This document shows, one piece after another, positions 56,535-64,000 of a stretch of DNA of 64,000 nucleotides. The stretch is from Eledone cirrhosa. Taxonomy: Eukaryota. Under the pieces are notes generated by a model. The model was not told where the DNA came from. It ran no database searches and saw only the letters and a list, made by a program, of their open reading frames with translations. Location of the stretch: contig OZ024740.1 of the NCBI GenBank assembly GCA_964016885.1, positions 34,534,001 through 34,598,000 on the forward strand. Direction: 5' to 3'. Each line of letters opens with the position of its first letter. The first letter of the stretch is position 1. The translations under genes and the position numbers were made by a program.

Positions 56535-56705
56535 AAATACAATACATTAGTTGGTGAAAAAGGAACTCAACTAAGTGGAGGTCAAAAACAAAGAATTGCT
56601 ATTGCACGTGCTTTAGTTAGAAAACCCAAGATGTTGTTACTTGACGAGGCAACTTCAGCTTTAGACACCCTGAGTGAAAAGATTGTACAGAGTGCACTTG
56701 AAAAG
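56535..56705 (+). CDS. ABCB1: ABCB1-like NBD exon with ABC signature and Walker B
   Basis: ttttcag| acceptor, 171 nt encoding [44 protein letters not shown]...ALEK, then |gtacct donor. Confidence 0.96.
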
Positions 56706-57094
56706 GTACCTTTTGTCTGTTATATACACTTCACAACACTGTCACAACTAATATATTTATATTGTACATTTCACAAGATTATATACACTTCACAACACTG
56801 TCACAACTAATATATCTGTATTGTACACTTTATCTGTTATATACACTTCACAACACTGTCACAACTAATATATCTGTACTGTACACTTCACAAGATTATA
56901 TACACTTCACAAGATTGTCATAACTAATATATCTATACTGTACACTTTACCTGTTATATACACTTCACAACATTGTCAAAACTAATATATCTATATTGTA
57001 CACTTTACCTGTTATATACACTTCACAACACTGTCACAACTAATATATCTGTATTGTACACTTTAACTGTTATATACACCTCACAACACTGTCA
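56706..57094. repeat. 58-bp minisatellite, left block
   Basis: Same unit as 61303-64000, more diverged. Confidence 0.9.
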
Positions 57095-60000
57095 TCATCA
57101 TCATCATCATCTTCGTTTAACGTCCATTTTCCACGCTAGCATGGGTTAGACGGGAGTTGTCGCACTTGAGGCAAGGCTGGTCGGGTGACCGTGTCTCGCT
57201 CATATAGGACTATCTGGCTTGTTTTCTACGGCTGGATGCCCTTCCTAACACCAACCACATTTACAGTGTGGAACTGGGAACTTTTTACCGTGTTACCTAC
57301 ACGACCACATTACAGCGTGGACTGTGAGTTTTTTGTCGTGACACCTACACGATCTCGATCTCATTTTCTCGTGCTGTTGGTGGGAGTGGGAGGATAGGGT
57401 AGGGGTAGTGGATTGGGGTGTATATTTGTTTAAGAGGTACCTACTGACTGTAGGTTTCGCTTTGTACATAGGCAAGGCGGGTCTTCTGTATTACTGCGTA
57501 GCGCCAAAGATCTTGGTCCAGAGACATTGTCTTAGAGAGATGTAAGTGTGTGAGGTCGGAATTTATCAGATCATCCCAGGTTTTTCTGGGTCTACCTACT
57601 CCGTAACTACCATCAATTTTGATCGCCCTGCACTTTTTTATGCAGCTGTCGTCTTTCATGCGCATCACGTGACCATACCAACGTAGTCTTCTCTCAAGTA
57701 AACAGCATCTGATCCCTCTTATTCCTAATTTCTCCCTTAGTTCATTTATGCTTTGCCGTTCACGTATATTACTATTACACATCCAACGGAGCATGCATGC
57801 TTCGTTCCTTTCCAGTCTACGCAGGTCCTCTGCACGCAATGCCCATGTCTCACTACCATGTAGCATTGCTGTTCGTATACAGGCATCATACAATCTGCCT
57901 TTCATATTTAGAGAGAAACCTTTTGTGGCCAACAGCGGTATAAGCTCTCTGATCTTTTTCCATCCCGTTCTGACTCTGGCTACTGTACTTTCAGAGCACC
58001 CTCCACCACTGCTGATTTCCTCACCCTGGTTACGGAAAGTGTCTACTATTTCTATAGAACGATCTGGGCAATAGAAGGAGCTAGTATCCTTTGGACACTT
58101 GCTACTTATTGCACCTGAGCATTGGCCACATATAAAGTCTACATTCTTAGATAGTTTACCTGTGATTCCACTACATCTTTTATGTACCCATACTTTGCAT
58201 TTGGGACATAAAATGGAATTTCTGCCTACTCTTTTCCTACACACTGAGCATGGCCATTTCCCTGAGGGCACCTGTGCCCTATTTTCCTACAAACTAGAAC
58301 TTTAGTCTTAGACAAGTTAAATTTAAGGCGATTGATTCAGCTATGAGCGTTAGATCATCTGTGTATAGGAGTTCCCATGGGCAGCCGGCCTTGAACTCCT
58401 CTGTTATAGCCTGAGGGGCAATAATAAATAAGAGGGGGCTAAGGACAGAGCCTTGATGAACGCCAACTTTTACACTAAATTCTTCACAATATTCATTGTT
58501 AATTCTAACCTTACTGACTGTTTCATTATACATAGCTTGTATAGCTCTCACAAGCCATTCATCTACACCTAGTTTTCTAAGAGCCCACCAGATAATGGAG
58601 CGGGGGACTCTGTAAAAAGCTTTCTCCAGGTCTACAAAAGCTAAGTAGAGGTATTTACTTTTAGTTAGGTACTTCTCTTGTAGTTGTCGTACAAGGAAAA
58701 GAGCGTCTGTGGTACTTTTACCTGGCACAAACCCAAACTGCATTTCATCTAGATCAATTCGTTCTCTGATTAGTTGCGCTATAACTCTTTCTGTGACTTT
58801 CATGACCTGGTCAACTAACTTAATGCCTCTATAGTTTCCACTATCTAGAGCATCCCCTTTACCCTTGTAGCAGTTAATGATGATGCTGCTACGCCAGTCT
58901 TTTGATATGACCCCATTCTGTATTACTTGGTTAACTATACGGGTGACCATAGTGTGTCCCACCATACCAGATGCCTTAAACATCTCAGCAACTATCTCTG
59001 AAGGCCCAGCTGCCTTGCCTGTCTTCATATCTTTGATTGCCTTACTTATTATACTACCTTTAACTTGCACCGCTGGTCCTTCTATTGGATCGATTTGGGG
59101 CAGACTATTTTTTTCCCATTTATTCTCTTTATTTAATAGTCTCTCGTAGTGACACTTCCAGGCTATCTTCTTATCAGTATCAGTGAGTACAAGTACACCA
59201 TTATAATTAAGGACACACTTCTCCCCGACAATATCACAGTTTTCCTTGACACATTGTCTAGCAATCCTGAAGACATCACGTTTTTGGTCCTCACGTTGTA
59301 GAACATGCTTGAACTTTCTATCCTCTGCTACCCTTTTTGCAAGGTACACTTGTCTCCTAGCTTCTCTCCTGGCCACTTGATAGTGCTCTCCACTTCCCCC
59401 ATCCTGCCATACTTTCCAAACCTGCTTTTTGGCCTTGATTGTCTCTTCCACCTTACTGTTCCACCACCAAGTTACTCTCCTCCTGCTAATAGGTCTGCTC
59501 CAGCCACAGATTTCATCCATTGCTTTCAGCAGGTTCACTTTCAAGAATTGCCACTGTTCCTCTATATTGTACGTCTCTAATTGCTCTTCCTTATTGTCAA
59601 AGGCATCAAGTAATAAGCTTTTAAATTTGTCACTGGCTATGGGGTCCTTCAACTTCCATATTCTTCTCCTCAAGGTAGGCCTCCTCTGTCGTCGAGTACG
59701 TCTATTCCTGACTATGAGGTCACTAACTACTAGACTATGTTGGGAGGTGCATTCTTCATGGGGAGGGATTTAGTGTTTACAACAGACATTTTGTCCCGTC
59801 TTCTAGTAAGGATATAATCTATCTGGCTGGCGTGTTCCCTTGATCTATAGGTGATCAAGTAGTTTACGTTTTTTTAAGTTTGTGTTACAGATAGTTAGGC
59901 TATGTGCGTCACAGATTTCCAGGATTCTGAATCCCTCCTTATTTCTATTTCCAACCCTATAGCCTCCATGGATTCCATCATAGCCATCACTATGTTGTCC

Positions 60001-61302
60001 AACGTGACCGTTTAGATCGTCAGCAATAATTAAGTAGTCACTCTCGGTTATTCGGGAGGTAGTGTGCATTAGCATCTCATAGAACCTGTTCTTTATAACA
60101 TCAGGTAGACCAGATTGGGGTGCATAAGCAGATATTACTGTCACAGTAGTTCTATTTAGAACTAGTCTTAATTCAATTATTCTGTCATCCACTCTATTTA
60201 CGTCAATTACCTTATCTACCCATTTTTCAGCTAACATAATTCCTACACCACCATGTCCGTTGTCATTTCCCACCCAGAAAAGTTTATAGCATCGTTTTTT
60301 ACCCACGATGAATCTGGCAGATCCCCTCTCCACCTAGTCTCTTGAATACAACACACATCAACTTCTTTACGTTCAAGCATCACTACAACGTCATTTGAGC
60401 GACCTTTCAATGTGCCTACGTTCATGGTACCAACTCCGAAGTTGGGAGGGTGGGATGGATGGGTTCGACGGGTAGGGAGGGGTGTGGGAGACGGGATTTT
60501 GTTGGTCATTCGTGTCTGAAATAAAGAGGGGGTCCTTGCATTCTCGTCTTGCAGCGGGAGGTGAATTTATCTTTATCTGTGACATTGTCATTGAGTGCTT
60601 AGACTTTTCAAATTTCCGCAGTCAACCCATCAAACAGGTCTAAACGTAAGGAGTAGTAACCGGGGTGGTAGCTTTGCTATACTGATTTGTTAGAGAACTT
60701 ACAAAAGCCGCTGAGTTATGATTGGACCATATAGCAATGGTAGTGCTTAAAGGTGGGAAGGCGCGAAATTGGTGACTTTAGGAGAAGTTTAGTTTTTAGG
60801 AAGGGTCCAACAGATTGAGAGGGGAAGTTTAGGTTTCAGGAAGGGTCCAACAGATTGAAACATATTAAAAACATGTAAAATAGTAATTTAAAATCAGAGA
60901 GGAAAACGGAGAATTTGTATTTTAGAGTGGTATAAATAAGAGTTTAAAACACTGCTTAATTGAAGAGACTACGGAATAAAGAAAAGACAGGTTTTGATTA
61001 CATTCTCAAAATCGACAGATCGCCCGAAAGATAGCTTGATAGATAAATTGTGTCGTTTGGAACTAGCAAGATTTATTTAATACTTGCGATCAGGCGGGGG
61101 GGGGGGGGGGGTATGAGAGAAGGAGCAAAGTGCTTAAAAAGTTTGCGAGCGAGATGCAGGAAGGTTCTAGAATAACAATAACAATAACAATACTAGAAGG
61201 TTAGTTTTAGGAAGGGTCCAAAGAAAAGAGATATATTATTAAAAATATATAAAATATTAATTGAAGGTCCGAGAGGAAAACGGAGAATTTGACTTCTAGA
61301 CT
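57095..61302 (-). mobile_element. RTE-clade LINE (APE + RT + Cys/His insert), degenerate, inserted in the 58-bp satellite
   Basis: MNVGTL..CCIQET, SAYAPQ, FVDLEKAF, GVHQGSVLSP, YTDD, RRLRWYGHV, GRPRKTW. (TGA)n tail. Apparent ~17-bp TSD ACYTCACAACAYTGTCA (57078-57094 / 61303-61319). Confidence 0.9.
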
Positions 61303-64000
61303 ACTTCACAACATTGTCACACTAATATATCTGTATTGTACCCTTTATCAGTTATATAGACTTCACAACACTGTCACAACTAATATATCTGTATTGTACC
61401 CTTTATCTGTTATATAGACTTCACAACACTGTCACAACTAATATATCTGTATTGTACCCTTTATCTGTTATATAGACTTCACAACACTGTCACACTAATA
61501 TATCTGTATTGTACACTTTATCTGTTAGATAGACTTCACAACACTGTCACAACTAATATATCTGTATTGTACCCTTTATCTGTTATATAGACTTCATAAC
61601 ACTGTCACAACTAATATATCTGTATTGTACCCTTTATCTGTTATATAAACTTCACAACACTGTCACACTAATATATCTGTATTGTACACTTTATCTGTTA
61701 TATACACTTCACAACACTGTCACAACTAATATATCTGTATTGTACCCTTTATCTGTTATATAGACTTCACAACACTGTCACACTAATATATCTGTATTGT
61801 ACCCTTTATCTGTTATATAGACTTCACAACACTGTCACAACTAATATATCTGTACTGTACCCTTTATCTGTTATATAGACTTCACAAGACTGTCAAAACT
61901 AATATATCTGTATTGTACACTTTATCTGTTATATAGACTTCACAACACTCTCACAACTAATATATCTGTATTGTACCCTTTATCTGTTATATAGACTTCA
62001 CAACACTGTCACACTAATATATCTGTATTGTACCCTTTATCTGTTATATAGACTTCACAACACTGTCACAACTAATATATCTGTACTGTACCCTTTATCT
62101 GTTATATAGACTTCACAACACTGTCACAACTAATATATCTGTATTGTACCCTTTATCTGTTATATAGACTTCACAACACTGTCACAACTAATATATCTGT
62201 ATAGTACCCTTTATCTGTTATATAGACTTCACAACACTGTCACAACTAATATATCTGTATAGTACCCTTTATCTGTTATATAGACTTCACAACACTGTCA
62301 CAACTAATATATCTGTATTGTACACTTAATCTGTTATATAAACTTCACAACACTGTCACAACTAATATATCTGTATAGTACCCTTTATCTGTTATATAGA
62401 CTTCACAACACTGTCACAACAAATATATCTGTATAGTACCCTTTATCTGTTATATAGACTTCACAACACTGTCACAACTAATAATATATTGTACCCTTTA
62501 TCTGTTATATAGACTTCACAACATTGTCACACTAATATATGTGTAGTGTACCCTTTATCTGTTATTTAGACTTCACAACACTGTCACAACTAATATATCT
62601 GTATAGTACCCTTTATCTGTTATATAGACTTCACAACACTGTCACAACTAATATATCTGTATTGTACCCTTTATCTGTTATATAGACTTCACAACACTGT
62701 CACAACTAATATATCTGTATTGTACCCTTTATCTGTTATATAGACTTCACAACACTGTCACAACTAATATATCTGTATAGTACCCTTTATCTGTTATATA
62801 GACTTCACAACACTGTCACAACTAATATATCTGTATTGTACACATTATCTGTTATATAGACTTCACAACACTGTCACAACTAATATATCTGTATTGTACC
62901 CTTTATCTGTTATATAGACTTCACAACACTGTCACAACTAATATATCTGTATTGTACCCTTTATCAGTTATATAGACTTCACAACACTGTCACAACTAAT
63001 ATATCTGTATTGTACACTTTATCTGTAATATAGACTTCACAACACTGTCACACTAATATACCTGTATAGTACCCTTTATCTGTTATATGGACTTCACAAC
63101 ACTGTCACAACTAATAATATCTGTATTGTACCCTTTATCTGTTATATAGACTTCACAACACTGTCACAACTAATATATCTGTATTGTACCCTTTATCTGT
63201 TATATAGACTTCACAACATTGTCACACTAATATATGTGTATTGTACCCTTTATCTGTTATATAGACTTCACAACACTGTCACAACTAATATATCTGTATA
63301 GTACACATTATCTGTTATATATACTTCACAACACTGTCACAACTAATATATCTGTATTGTACCCTTTATCTGTTATATAGACTTCACAACACTGTCACAA
63401 CTAATATATCTGTATAGTACCCTTTATCTGTTATATAGACTTCACAACACTGTCACAACTAATATATCTGTATTGTACACTTAATCTGTTATATAAACTT
63501 CACAACACTGTCACAACTAATATATCTGTATAGTACCCTTTATCTGTTATATAGACTTCACAACACTGTCACAACAAATATATCTGTATAGTACCCTTTA
63601 TCTGTTATATAGACTTCACAACACTGTCACAACTAATATATCTGTATTGTACCCTTTATCTGTTATATAGACTTCACAACACTGTCACACTAATATAGCT
63701 GTATTGTACCCTTTATCTGTTATATAGACTTCACAACATTGTCACACTAATATATCTGTATTGTACCCTTTATCTGTTATATAGACTTCACAACACTGTC
63801 ACAACTAATATATCTGTATTGTACCCTTTATCTGTTATATAGACTTCACAACACTGTCACAACTAATATATCTGTATTGTACACTTTATCTGTTATATAG
63901 ACTTCACAACACTGTCGCATTAATATATCTGTATTGTACCCTTTATCCGTTATATAGACTTCACAACACTGTCACAACTAATATATCTGTATTGTACCCT
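61303..64000. repeat. 57-58 bp minisatellite (CTAATATATCTGTATTGTACCCTTTATCTGTTATATAGACTTCACAACACTGTCACAA), runs off the window end
   Basis: Period 58, e.g. 61381 to 61439; highly homogeneous. Confidence 0.97.

Noticed and set aside
61303-64000. CRISPR-like array
   Set aside because: Homogeneous 58-bp tandem repeat without spacers.

Overview
Eukaryotic animal DNA, probably a cephalopod such as Octopus (inferred only from SINE type and microsatellite richness). The only host gene is an ABCB1/P-glycoprotein-like ABC transporter on the + strand, seen as three nucleotide-binding-domain exons (1679-1804, 52739-52942, 56535-56705). The first intron is 50.9 kb and almost entirely mobile DNA. It holds Penelope-like elements with hammerhead-ribozyme motifs in (TA)n tracts, a ~30 kb chain of Tx1-like (L1 clade) and Dong/R4-like non-LTR retrotransposons joined at (ATT)n/(TAA)n tracts, many tRNA-derived SINEs and an internally deleted Helitron. 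The later introns hold a 37-bp and a 58-bp minisatellite, the latter split by an RTE LINE. Best candidates for new biology: (1) a self-seeding set of (ATT)n-targeting retroelements that use opposite strands of the same microsatellite; (2) a ~555-nt non-coding retrozyme-like unit whose repeat boundary falls exactly on a predicted hammerhead cleavage site; (3) a perfect AG|GTAAGT splice-donor/U1 site conserved at the ORF1-ORF2 boundary of three divergent Tx1-like families. All coordinates were read by eye and repeat boundaries are approximate.
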